This document shows, piece by piece, positions 42,394-51,699 of a stretch of 64,000 nucleotides of DNA. The DNA is from Puniceicoccales bacterium (GTDB lineage: Bacteria > Verrucomicrobiota > Verrucomicrobiia > Opitutales > JAIRKQ01), in NCBI GenBank assembly GCA_031260055.1, contig JAIRKQ010000025.1, forward strand, positions 2,302 to 66,301. The letters run 5' to 3'. The notes under the pieces were generated by a model. It searched no databases, was not told where the DNA came from, and saw nothing but the letters and a program-made list of their open reading frames with translations. The translations under genes and the position numbers were made by a program. Position 1 is the stretch's first letter. Every line of letters starts with the position of its first letter.

Positions 42394-44161
42394 GGTGTAT
42401 GATTAGTCGGGATTCTCTTTGATTTTCGAAAATTGTTTGCTTTTCGGCCCATATACGCCTAAAGTCGAAAAAGGTAACATAGATCAAAAGCATGATCAGC
42501 AGAGCAAAAAACACGGTCTGAACCTTTGCTAAAACTTTATTCAGGGATTTCCACGTTGTAAATCTTTCCAATAGAGCAATGGTAATTATACCGCCATCCA
42601 ACACAGGGAAAGGCAGCAAATTTAAAATCGCCAGATTTACGTTGATCAAAATAACAAAACACAGCAGGGCGAGAAAGCTGTTTTTGGCAAATGTATGTAA
42701 AACTTTTATCAGGCCAGCCGGCCCCATCAAGTGTTTTGCAGAGATGCTAGAGCTTTTACTAAACAAGCTACCAAGTGTTTTGAAGGTAATGTTCATCGAA
42801 TCGACTATTTGCTGGGCTGGTGTCGGCCTATGGATTATCAAGTGGGGCTCAAATATTATGCCACACACATGGTCAAATTTTGTATCAGACAAATGAACGT
42901 CGGCAATTTTTTCTATGGGAAGTTCTTTCTCTCCAGATTTTGTCAAAATTTTTAGTGTCGCTTGGTCATTATTCCTGAGGACGTTGCCAATTTCATCCGG
43001 AGAAAATACCCTGTTTCCCCCCAAAGCAACCAGTTGGTCCCCATTGGAAACACCATTTTTTTCTAAAAACTTTTCGTTGCTGCAAAAAATTTGTATACGG
43101 GGAAAATTTTGCCGTAGACCTTGATTCAACGACCTAATGTCTTCATCCGCTGGGATAAAGTCAAGCTTCCAACGCTTTTTCGAAAAAGTTAATCCGCAAA
43201 AAGGTTTCCTAACGGCTAATTTTACAACTGGAACATTGACGGTCTGAAAATTCCCATCGCGTTCAATCTCCATGGAAATAGTCTTATTCTTTGAAGCCAT
43301 ATCGCGCAATGTCTGCACATGCAGCAGGGGAACACCATTGGCCGATACTAGGCGATCTCCTTTTTTAAGCTCCAGTACTTGTGTTTTATCCAAATGTCGT
43401 AGGTCCCCAACAATCAATGTTTGTTTGGGATGGACTCCAATGACCCTTAATGCGTCATGCTGTTGCTTGGAATAGGAGATGAGCACAGGATTTACTGACA
43501 CTTGTAACCTTACACCATCGCGTTCGAGTTCAAGAGTTGCCAATGGTTCTTTACGGCTGTCTTTTTTATTTCCCAGGGCAATAAGTTGCACGATTTCATT
43601 GAATTTTTTGACCCTGTGTCCGTCTATGGACAAAATTTTATCATTCGGAAGAATTCCAGCCTTGGACGCTGGCGACTGGGTCTGGTTCCCATCAGGCATG
43701 GTTAATGCGGGCGCAACATATCCGACAGTGGTCGTAAGTTCCTCTTCCAAGACTGGAAGCCCGATGAAATAGACAACGATTGCTAGACCAAATGCCAACA
43801 GCATATTGGCTAGCGGCCCTGCGAATGCGACGATAACCTTATCGAAGCAAGTAGCCGGCTTCGCATCATCCGGCAGATCAAAATTTCCTTCGATCTCATG
43901 CAAATCAGCCAGCTGTGGGATCGCCACGTATCCACCCAGAGGTAGCAAGGAAACTACGAATTCCGTCTCCTGAATTCTAAATCCAAATATTTTTGGACCA
44001 AAACCAATGGAAAATTTTGGTACCAGCAGTCCTCTTTTTTTTGCTAGCACATAGTGTCCTATTTCGTGGATTAGAATCGACCCTCCAAAAAATATTATTA
44101 CCAATAAAATTGGTACCAGACGGATTAGGAATGTCTTCATCTTTTTGAAAAGTGTCACCAA
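42383..44161 (-). CDS. rseP: RIP site-2 zinc metalloprotease RseP, long multi-PDZ form
   Basis: HEIGHY and NLLPFPVLDGG motifs. At 592 aa it is longer than the ~450-aa E. coli type. Confidence 0.9.
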   Translation of the reverse strand: MVTLFKKMKTFLIRLVPILLVIIFFGGSILIHEIGHYVLAKKRGLLVPKFSIGFGPKIFGFRIQETEFVVSLLPLGGYVAIPQLADLHEIEGNFDLPDDAKPATCFDKVIVAFAGPLANMLLAFGLAIVVYFIGLPVLEEELTTTVGYVAPALTMPDGNQTQSPASKAGILPNDKILSIDGHRVKKFNEIVQLIALGNKKDSRKEPLATLELERDGVRLQVSVNPVLISYSKQQHDALRVIGVHPKQTLIVGDLRHLDKTQVLELKKGDRLVSANGVPLLHVQTLRDMASKNKTISMEIERDGNFQTVNVPVVKLAVRKPFCGLTFSKKRWKLDFIPADEDIRSLNQGLRQNFPRIQIFCSNEKFLEKNGVSNGDQLVALGGNRVFSPDEIGNVLRNNDQATLKILTKSGEKELPIEKIADVHLSDTKFDHVCGIIFEPHLIIHRPTPAQQIVDSMNITFKTLGSLFSKSSSISAKHLMGPAGLIKVLHTFAKNSFLALLCFVILINVNLAILNLLPFPVLDGGIITIALLERFTTWKSLNKVLAKVQTVFFALLIMLLIYVTFFDFRRIWAEKQTIFENQRESRLIIHHDR

Positions 44162-44650
44162 CTACAGAATAGTCAAGCAAATCAAAATCATGGTAACATT
44201 TGTATAGGCTGCCGCAATGATATCGTCGACGACGATACCTATTCCCCCCGAAAGATTCTGTGATTTTTTTATGCCAAGTGGTTTCAAAATATCAAAAATA
44301 CGAAAAATGACAAAACCAAGCACCCAAACTTTCCACATGGCAACTGTCGCCGGGACGAAATGCCTTATGCCAAGGAAACAAATGGGCATCGCGACGAACT
44401 CATCGAGGATGACACAGCTCGGATCTTTTTCTCCAATCACTTTTTCCGCCATGTCGCAAATGACGATGGCCAGCAAAATAATGGCGATGAGTGTAAAGAT
44501 CATAAGAAAAGCTGACAAATTTTGTATGAGGATAATATGAAACAGTAATCCCATAAACGACCCAAGTGTTCCTGGCATAATCGGGAATTTTCCAAGGCCA
44601 AATAGCGTGGCCATGTTGACAATAAAATTTTCCAAAATCATTGGCAACAA
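44162..44650 (-). CDS. pgpA: phosphatidylglycerophosphatase A
   Basis: GLGKFPIMPGTLGS, LDEFVAMP, FRIFDILKP and VVDDIIAAAY motifs. Confidence 0.82.
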   Translation of the reverse strand: MLPMILENFIVNMATLFGLGKFPIMPGTLGSFMGLLFHIILIQNLSAFLMIFTLIAIILLAIVICDMAEKVIGEKDPSCVILDEFVAMPICFLGIRHFVPATVAMWKVWVLGFVIFRIFDILKPLGIKKSQNLSGGIGIVVDDIIAAAYTNVTMILICLTIL

Positions 44651-44764
44651 AGTGTTCTTTTAACGGAAAATTGAAAGAAGAATATCATAATGCCGGAAAT
44701 ACCATGGAAGAATTTTCCCGCCCATTTCTTTTTGCCATTGATTTTTAAGCATATTCGGTGATGT

Positions 44765-45763
44765 TCATTGCTTAAATTTTGCAGCTGCCCGCAATAGCCT
44801 GTCGTCGATCGCTATCCCAATTCCTGCCCGCGGAGGCCGTTCGCATAAAATGGCATTATAGTGTGCAGAGTCAAGCCGTTGGAGGGTAGAAAACAGGTTC
44901 CTAGCCACCACATTTAAATTGCCATCGTCGCTAAACCAAAAAATAGCTTCGGCTGGGAGTTGTAATTTTTTCGCAATCCCATCGAAATTTTTCGGCCTTT
45001 GCATGAACACAATGGCTGTTTTCCCAGCGAAATACTGCGAAAGTTCCCTGCTTCCATGTTCAAAAAGGACCAAACGGGTATCGGTACAATAGTGCTGTTT
45101 CAATTGGCCAGGAGCACTCGGGTTTTCAGAAACAATCTGAACATCATGGTCGATGATATCTTCTCCCAAAACTTCGGAAATGGCATCGGCGGTTATCGCT
45201 CCCGGCCTCAAAATCCTGGGAACCGGACTGGTTATGTCCAAAATTGTCGATTCCAAACCAATGGCACATTCACCGCCATCGAGCATTATTTTTACCCTAT
45301 CACCAAGGGTTGCTTTTACTTGCCCAATGCAGGTCGGGCTGACGTAGCCAAATGGATTGGCACTTGGAGCGGCCAGAGGCAGGTCGGAAGTCCGCAGAAC
45401 TGCTTGAAAAATCGGATGGTCGGGGCAACGGATTGCAACCCTGCTGGAACCAGAAGTTACGATGTCCGGAATGATTGCCTTTTTGGGGAGGACTACGGTG
45501 ATTGGGCCCGGCCAAAATGCCCCGGTAATTTTTTCAATGCGTATTGAATATTTTTTCACATGACTATACCGTTCCAACCAGGAACTATCCAGTACGTGTA
45601 GAATCAATGGGTTATTTAGCGGACGACCTTTAATGGTAAAGATCTTCCTGACAGCTTCTCCGTCGAGTGCATTGGCTGCAAGGCCATAGACGGTTTCCGT
45701 TGGTAAAACAACCACTCCGCCTCCTTTCAACTCCCGAGATGCAGCGACAATATCGGCATTCAT
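44765..45763 (-). CDS. tsaC: L-threonylcarbamoyladenylate synthase (Sua5-type, with C-terminal domain)
   Basis: VVLPTETVYGLAANA YrdC-domain motif plus a C-terminal Sua5 domain. 332 aa. Confidence 0.9.
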   Translation of the reverse strand: MNADIVAASRELKGGGVVVLPTETVYGLAANALDGEAVRKIFTIKGRPLNNPLILHVLDSSWLERYSHVKKYSIRIEKITGAFWPGPITVVLPKKAIIPDIVTSGSSRVAIRCPDHPIFQAVLRTSDLPLAAPSANPFGYVSPTCIGQVKATLGDRVKIMLDGGECAIGLESTILDITSPVPRILRPGAITADAISEVLGEDIIDHDVQIVSENPSAPGQLKQHYCTDTRLVLFEHGSRELSQYFAGKTAIVFMQRPKNFDGIAKKLQLPAEAIFWFSDDGNLNVVARNLFSTLQRLDSAHYNAILCERPPRAGIGIAIDDRLLRAAAKFKQ

Positions 45764-45772
45764 GGGAACGCT

Positions 45773-46021
45773 CTACTTCATCAAAAGCATATTGCGGGCT
45801 CGTTTGATCATCCGCGTGACATGGCGTTGTTGATGTGCTGTCAATCCGGTATACTTCCGTGCCAAAATTTTCCCCGTTCCTGTGACAACCATGGACAACT
45901 TCTCAACATCCGTATACTTCAGCTCCAATGGAGAAACATTCTTTATCAACTGTGACTCTGTACCGACTTCTTCTTCCATGGCTCGGAAATCAATGGGAAA
46001 ATACGATACATTGCAAGACAA
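45773..46021 (-). CDS. rpsR: 30S ribosomal protein S18
   Basis: LKYTDVEKLSMVVTGTGKILARKYTGLTAHQQRHVTRMIKRARNM fits the S18 core. The exact start is uncertain. Confidence 0.85.
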   Translation of the reverse strand: MSCNVSYFPIDFRAMEEEVGTESQLIKNVSPLELKYTDVEKLSMVVTGTGKILARKYTGLTAHQQRHVTRMIKRARNMLLMK

Positions 46022-46119
46022 AAATTAAAAACGGAAGATAATTAGGCATGAAAATGATTTCAAAATCAAAAATTTCTACTGCACGTAATAGAATAGTGTC
46101 GCCCAAAAGGTACAAAGGC

Positions 46120-46995
46120 TCATTTGCCATAGATAGAAAACAAGGTTTCTGCCATCTTGGAAGGGACTTCTGCGATTGCGACACCGGCATCGCGGAGGGT
46201 AGCCAGCTTGCTTTCGGCACTTCCATATTTGCCGGATACTATTGCCCCCGCATGGCCCATGCGACGGCCTTGGGGCGCACTTATTCCAGCAATAAACGCG
46301 GCGACTGGTTTTTTGACATGCTGCTTTATATAGGCAGCCGCAAGTTCTTCAGAACTTCCTCCGATTTCTCCTATCATCAAAATCGCTTCGGTTTCTGGAT
46401 CAGCATTAAACATTTTTATCACATCCAGATGAGTCGTCCCTATAATTTGGTCACCTCCAATCCCAACGCATGTTGACTGGCCACTGCCCTGTTGGGTCAC
46501 CTGCCAGACGGCCTCGTAGGTAAGTGTCCCCGACCGCGAAACGATTCCAACAGGCCCAGGCCTATGAATATAGGCCGGCATAATTCCAATTTTACACCGC
46601 TGGCCAGGGGAAATTATTCCGGGACAGTTTGGGCCAACAAGGCGGGAATTAGAATGTTCCAACGCCACACTTACCCTAACCATGTCCAATACTGGGATTC
46701 CTTCCGTTATGCAAACTATGAGCTTTAAATTTGCTTCGATGCATTCCATGATCGACGCAGCTGCAAACATGGGAGGTACGAAGATCAAAGCCGTATTGAC
46801 TCCTTCATTGGTTACGCTTTCCCGAACCGAATTAAAGATCGGGATATTGCTCGTCACTTGACCACCTTTCCCCGGGGTAACCCCCGCCACTATTTTGGTC
46901 CCAAATTCTAGACATTGGTTCGAGTGAAATGTGCCAGCCTTTCCGGTAATTCCACAAACAACCACACGCGTTTCTTTGTTGACCAGGATACTCAT
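46120..46995 (-). CDS. sucD: succinyl-CoA ligase alpha subunit
   Basis: [22 protein letters not shown] and the MGHAGAI phosphohistidine loop. Confidence 0.96.
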   Translation of the reverse strand: MSILVNKETRVVVCGITGKAGTFHSNQCLEFGTKIVAGVTPGKGGQVTSNIPIFNSVRESVTNEGVNTALIFVPPMFAAASIMECIEANLKLIVCITEGIPVLDMVRVSVALEHSNSRLVGPNCPGIISPGQRCKIGIMPAYIHRPGPVGIVSRSGTLTYEAVWQVTQQGSGQSTCVGIGGDQIIGTTHLDVIKMFNADPETEAILMIGEIGGSSEELAAAYIKQHVKKPVAAFIAGISAPQGRRMGHAGAIVSGKYGSAESKLATLRDAGVAIAEVPSKMAETLFSIYGK

Positions 46996-47017
46996 TTGTT
47001 GGGTTCTAGATTAATTA

Positions 47018-48202
47018 TTATTTGCACAGGTTAACGATTCTATTGGCAGCATCATCGAGGTCATTGGCAAAGATGATTCTTAGCCCGCTGCTTTTTAATA
47101 CCTCTTTCCCTTCTCCAACGTTTGTACCTTCAAAACGAACAACCATGGAAATAGATAATAGGGTTGCCCGGGCGGCATTTACAATGCCTTGGGCCACCGC
47201 ATTGCATTTTACGATCCCTCCAAAAATGTTAACAACAATTCCCCTAATATTGGGATTTTTAAGGATTATTTTAACGGCATGGGTAATTTGCTCCTCATTT
47301 GCTCCTCCTCCAATGTCCAAAAAATTTGCAGGTTGTCCCCCATGGTATTGTATTAGATCCATTGTCGCCATGGCAAGTCCAGCTCCATTTACCAAGCATG
47401 CGATATTACCGTCGAGGGCGATATAATTCAAATTATACTGCAACGCTTCCACTTCGTTTGGATTTTCTTCTTCGATGTCACGCAATTTTACAATATCCGG
47501 ATGGCGTGGGAGAGCATTGTCATCGAAATTTATTTTCGAATCAATTGCTAAAAAATGACCACTTTTATCTAGAACAAGCGGGTTAATCTCAATTAGAGAA
47601 CAGTCTTTGGCAATGAACAGTGCATATAGTTGCAATAGCAGGTTAGATAATTCCTGAGTTTGTTCTGTGGTCAATCTTATTTGGCTGGCCAGTTCTTTTA
47701 TTTGACTAACCGTCAGCCCCATGGAGGGCTCGATGATTATTCTGTGTAACTTTTTCGGTGATCTGTCGGCTATCGCTTCTATGTCAACACCTCCTTCTCT
47801 GGAAAGCATTAGCATAGGCCTTCGAAGATTTCTATCGATCAGGATTGCGACGTAGTATTCCTGTGAAAATCTTACCGGCTCTACCAAATACACTTTGCGG
47901 ACAAGTTTACCGCCATTTCCTGTCTGCTTGGTTACCAACGTATTTCCAATCATACTTTCAATAACGTCAAGGGCCTCTTCCTTGGAAGAAGTAATTTTTA
48001 CGCCTCCATAACCAAGATCCTTTTTAAAATGCCCGGCTCCCCTTCCCCCAGCATGGATCTGAGCTTTGACACAGATCTTGTCAAAAAGTAATGTTTCTAG
48101 AGTAGCCTGGTAATCATCCCCCGAGGCTACCAACACTCCAAACGGTACCGGTACGTTGAATTCCTTTAATAAATTTTGTGCTTGATGTTCATGGATATTC
48201 AT
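47018..48202 (-). CDS. sucC: succinyl-CoA ligase beta subunit
   Basis: MNIHEHQAQNLLKEFNVPVP ATP-grasp N-terminus. 394 aa, upstream of sucD. Confidence 0.96.
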   Translation of the reverse strand: MNIHEHQAQNLLKEFNVPVPFGVLVASGDDYQATLETLLFDKICVKAQIHAGGRGAGHFKKDLGYGGVKITSSKEEALDVIESMIGNTLVTKQTGNGGKLVRKVYLVEPVRFSQEYYVAILIDRNLRRPMLMLSREGGVDIEAIADRSPKKLHRIIIEPSMGLTVSQIKELASQIRLTTEQTQELSNLLLQLYALFIAKDCSLIEINPLVLDKSGHFLAIDSKINFDDNALPRHPDIVKLRDIEEENPNEVEALQYNLNYIALDGNIACLVNGAGLAMATMDLIQYHGGQPANFLDIGGGANEEQITHAVKIILKNPNIRGIVVNIFGGIVKCNAVAQGIVNAARATLLSISMVVRFEGTNVGEGKEVLKSSGLRIIFANDLDDAANRIVNLCK

Positions 48203-48418
48203 AAACTACTAGTCAATAATATGATAACAATTCTACACCATACAATATTTTTCCATCATAGAGTGTTTTATGGCACGTGATTGGTTTGCAACATTTGACC
48301 TCTTTGGGGCATATTTACGGAGAATTTTTACAAAAAGCAGTTTTTTTTGGAAAGAAAATGTTTATTTTGTTGACTTTTTAAAATTCCCCCATTAGAGAAT
48401 GACCAATTTTACATTCAA

Positions 48419-49201
48419 ATGAATACAAATACTCCTCTAGTTGTGCTGTCGGAAGATGACGAAAAATTGGCAGAGATCTTGCAAAAGCAAATAGAAATTT
48501 CCGGCATGGATGTCCGAACATTTCATAATGGGTCAGGTACCGTCGAATTTTTGCAAAAGGAAACTGCTAGCATATTACTTCTTGATATTAATTTGCCTGA
48601 CATCGATGGTTTCGATGTTATAAAGAAACTGCAAAATAGCCACCTAGAAATTCCGGTAATTTTCCTGACAGCTTTCTCGGATGAATACTATAAGTTGAAA
48701 GGCTTCGATGCAGGTGCCGAAGATTTCATAACAAAACCGTTTAGCTTTACGGAATTAATCGCGAGAATAAAAGTTGTACTGCGAAGAACATATGGCAGGG
48801 AAAGGGACAACGTTTCCAGCAATGTTACCCTATGCGATGACGATTTTGAATTCTGTGGAGCGATAATAAAACCATCTTTGATGCAAATAATTTTCAAAAA
48901 TGGAAATGCCATTCCCATCAGGCGGAAGGAGTTGGGAATTTTAAAGCATTTTTCTTCCAATGAAAACACTATTCTAAGTAGGCGTAATCTTATCCATAAT
49001 GTTTGGGGCAAGTATGCCAATATTAGAAGCCGGTCATTGGATCAGTATATCGTCAAGATCCGTCAATTGCTCAAAGAAAATGGATCTGGCGCCAACGCTT
49101 TACGTACCCTTCATGGGATAGGGTATATTTACACGACGAAATCCGGTGTTCCCGACATGACTCGGCGGGAGTATGCGGACACTTTCGATGTAATGCTATA
49201 G
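48419..49201 (+). CDS. OmpR/PhoB-family response regulator
   Basis: Receiver domain with EDDE, LLLDINLPDIDG (phospho-Asp), FLTA and KPF. C-terminal winged helix (RTLHGIGYIY). No kinase gene is adjacent. Confidence 0.88.
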   Translation: MNTNTPLVVLSEDDEKLAEILQKQIEISGMDVRTFHNGSGTVEFLQKETASILLLDINLPDIDGFDVIKKLQNSHLEIPVIFLTAFSDEYYKLKGFDAGAEDFITKPFSFTELIARIKVVLRRTYGRERDNVSSNVTLCDDDFEFCGAIIKPSLMQIIFKNGNAIPIRRKELGILKHFSSNENTILSRRNLIHNVWGKYANIRSRSLDQYIVKIRQLLKENGSGANALRTLHGIGYIYTTKSGVPDMTRREYADTFDVML

Positions 49202-49492
49202 GTTTTTTCCTACATAAGATAAAGCTTCGGATAAAAAGAAACTAGTAAAATTTCCCCTATTCCAGGGAAGCTTGTTGATGAGTTTGCCAGCGAAAACGGT
49301 CAAAGTTTAAAAGAATTTTATTATTTGAGGTTTCATTTTCGCCATGGGAGGCCGTTGATGGGCAAACAGGGAAGAAGAGGCATAGAGAAGGACAAGGCTA
49401 TTATGGAGGATGGAGTTGGCACATCGCTTTACGCAGCGTTTTTCCTTGCCAAGTTCTAGCAATGAAATTTCATATTGCCGTTAATTGCAACT

Positions 49493-50251
49493 ATGAAATT
49501 TGACATGCTGGGCAGTGGGAGTACAGGGAATTGTGGTCTCATAAGGACAAAAAATAGCACCGTGTTAGTAGATGTAGGGTTTTCATGTAAACGCATAAAA
49601 GAAATGTTGATTGCCCACGAGGTTTGCCTTGAGCAGGTAAGTGCTGTGTTCATAACCCACGAGCATTTTGACCACATCCAAGGGTTGCGTGGTCTATCGA
49701 AGTTTGAACACATAAGTTTTTTTGCCAACAAAAATACTGCCGATACCATAGAAAACAAATACAAATTTAACATACCCTGGCAGACATTTTCAACCGCTGA
49801 TAGGTTGATATTTAACGACTTGAACATTGTTTCTTTCAGCGTTCCCCATGATGCTGTTGATCCCCTAGGGTATGTTTTTTCCGTGGCAGCTGACGGCAGC
49901 ACTGGAGGAATGCATAGCATAGCATGGATGACGGATTTGGGCTACATTCCACCCCATGTTTTACCCTATGTTTCCAATGTCGACCTGCTCATACTTGAGT
50001 CCAATTATGACAATGACCTATTGACCATGGATACGAAACGTCCATCTTTCATTAAGGCTAGAATTCGCAGTCGATATGGCCATTTGCCCAATGAAATGGC
50101 AATAAATTTTATAAAAAACAACAAATGCAATCAATGGAAAAAGGTTATCCTAGCACATGTCAGCGCAGATTGTAACAACGAACGATCCATACGAAAACTA
50201 TTGGACACCATTGAAGAGCTCAAATTCGAGGTTGATATAGCACACCCCTAG
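49493..50251 (+). CDS. MBL-fold metallo-hydrolase (YycJ/WalJ-like)
   Basis: MKFDMLGSGSTGNC and HEHFDH (HxHxDH). The track ORF opens at TTG 49475. Confidence 0.8.
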   Translation: MKFDMLGSGSTGNCGLIRTKNSTVLVDVGFSCKRIKEMLIAHEVCLEQVSAVFITHEHFDHIQGLRGLSKFEHISFFANKNTADTIENKYKFNIPWQTFSTADRLIFNDLNIVSFSVPHDAVDPLGYVFSVAADGSTGGMHSIAWMTDLGYIPPHVLPYVSNVDLLILESNYDNDLLTMDTKRPSFIKARIRSRYGHLPNEMAINFIKNNKCNQWKKVILAHVSADCNNERSIRKLLDTIEELKFEVDIAHP

Positions 50252-51129
50252 AAATTCCTCCCAAAATATCGGTAATTTAGCATGTCACACCACAGGCGAT
50301 ATCGCCCCATGGATGTTAGCGTTATGTTGTCATTTTCTTCCAATTTTTCACATAGTCCAGCGTCACAATTTTCTAGTTCGATTTGGTGTTGTTCGCCATT
50401 GATTGTTTCCCAGCTATTTTCATCGTCAATTGCTATGGTTTTCTTTTTCGCAATGCGAGATGTATGAATTTTCAGCAACTTCTCTAGGGAAGCCATCGGA
50501 TATCGTTTGACATCCCAAGATTGCGGATAAAAACTAGCGAAGACTGTCTGCAAGTTGTTCGTTATAATCGCTTTTCCGTCTTTGGTAAATGAAGTCAGTA
50601 TGCAGTTTAGTATCGGACACCCATTGCGAAGAAAATCGAAGATGATTTGCAGTCGTGAATGTTGATTATCGCCATAAAATATGGGTGAATACATAACGAA
50701 ACAATCGTCGTTTCCTATTTTTAACAAGGTCTTTTCGTTGAATTTATGCGCAAGAATTAACTGCCGAGTTTGGTCGAAAAATTTTCCCATTGGCCAGATA
50801 AAATGTTCCGTACATTGCCTAAATCTTGGAAATACGGGAATATCAATTTTTGCAAAAATGTTTGTTAACTTCCATAATCTCATGGATTCTATCAAAAAGA
50901 TCACCAATAATACCGTTACCATGAGCAGCGGAATTGGTTTGGGTTCTTCGCTACACGCGTTTACCAAAAATGAGAAAAACAATGAACAGAAAATCCTTAC
51001 GGCCCACATGTTAATAAACGCAACTTTTGGACTCCCAATGTACCGTCTAAAATTCAAGAAGATTGCCAGCAAAAAGAACATGGCGGCCCAATCTCCATTT
51101 GTTGATGTTTCAAAAACCTTAGATGTCAT
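50248..51129 (-). CDS. hypothetical membrane protein
   Basis: 293 aa. About three N-terminal hydrophobic helices, then a soluble domain with no recognised motif. It lies 25 nt downstream of the RelE/ParE-like ORF. Confidence 0.5.
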   Translation of the reverse strand: MTSKVFETSTNGDWAAMFFLLAIFLNFRRYIGSPKVAFINMWAVRIFCSLFFSFLVNACSEEPKPIPLLMVTVLLVIFLIESMRLWKLTNIFAKIDIPVFPRFRQCTEHFIWPMGKFFDQTRQLILAHKFNEKTLLKIGNDDCFVMYSPIFYGDNQHSRLQIIFDFLRNGCPILNCILTSFTKDGKAIITNNLQTVFASFYPQSWDVKRYPMASLEKLLKIHTSRIAKKKTIAIDDENSWETINGEQHQIELENCDAGLCEKLEENDNITLTSMGRYRLWCDMLNYRYFGRNF

Positions 51130-51154
51130 ATCTCCCCAATGTTTCCCAATGTTA

Positions 51155-51523
51155 TTAGTGGTTCCCAGTACCGTTTTTCAATGATTCTAAATATTTCCAA
51201 AATGACGAATGCTGCTCAATCATTTGCATTTCACTAACTGGAAATTTTGCCCTGAATAAGAAATCCGTTAGGGTGTGTTGTGGCAGAACATAGTGACAAT
51301 ACAAAGTATCGCTATTAATTTTTTCAACATATACCCTAAGCGTATCCACCTTCAAGCGGTAGTATGTTTTCCCATCGCGGCAGAAGTTAGGAATATTCGA
51401 ATCTTCGTTTTTAAATGCTTTCGCTGAGAGTTCGCTAATGCGACTAACCAGCTGCAATTGATCATCCTTTGCGAACTTATCTAATTCCGAAAGGCTCTGT
51501 TCACTGAAGGTAAGTTGATACAT
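51155..51523 (-). CDS. RelE/ParE-superfamily-like small protein with a C-terminal extension
   Basis: YQLTFSEQSLSELDKF...LVSRISELS...GKTYYRLKVDTLRVYVEKINSDTLYCHYVLPQH follows the Y.l.f...a...L.k......i..L......yyRlrvg.yRviY......l.v..v.H pattern of RelE/ParE toxins. Confidence 0.4.
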   Translation of the reverse strand: MYQLTFSEQSLSELDKFAKDDQLQLVSRISELSAKAFKNEDSNIPNFCRDGKTYYRLKVDTLRVYVEKINSDTLYCHYVLPQHTLTDFLFRAKFPVSEMQMIEQHSSFWKYLESLKNGTGNH

Positions 51524-51699
51524 ATTTTCCCAAAATTAAATTCAGTTTTTTAAAAAAAGCAAATTCTGATTTTATATTAGTTCATACGACTCTACGATTA
51601 AAAATAACCTTGGAGAGAAAAGATTTTTGTGATTCGTGGTCTCGAAAGAAAAATATTCATACTCGACTTTTCTACTAAAAAAACTTTCCTGGTCGCTCC

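Noticed and set aside
48371-48400. TTGACT followed 17-19 nt later by TAGAGA/GAGAAT upstream of the response regulator, considered as a promoter.
   Set aside because: The -10 match is poor and the region is AT-rich, so chance matches are expected. It was not listed as a feature.
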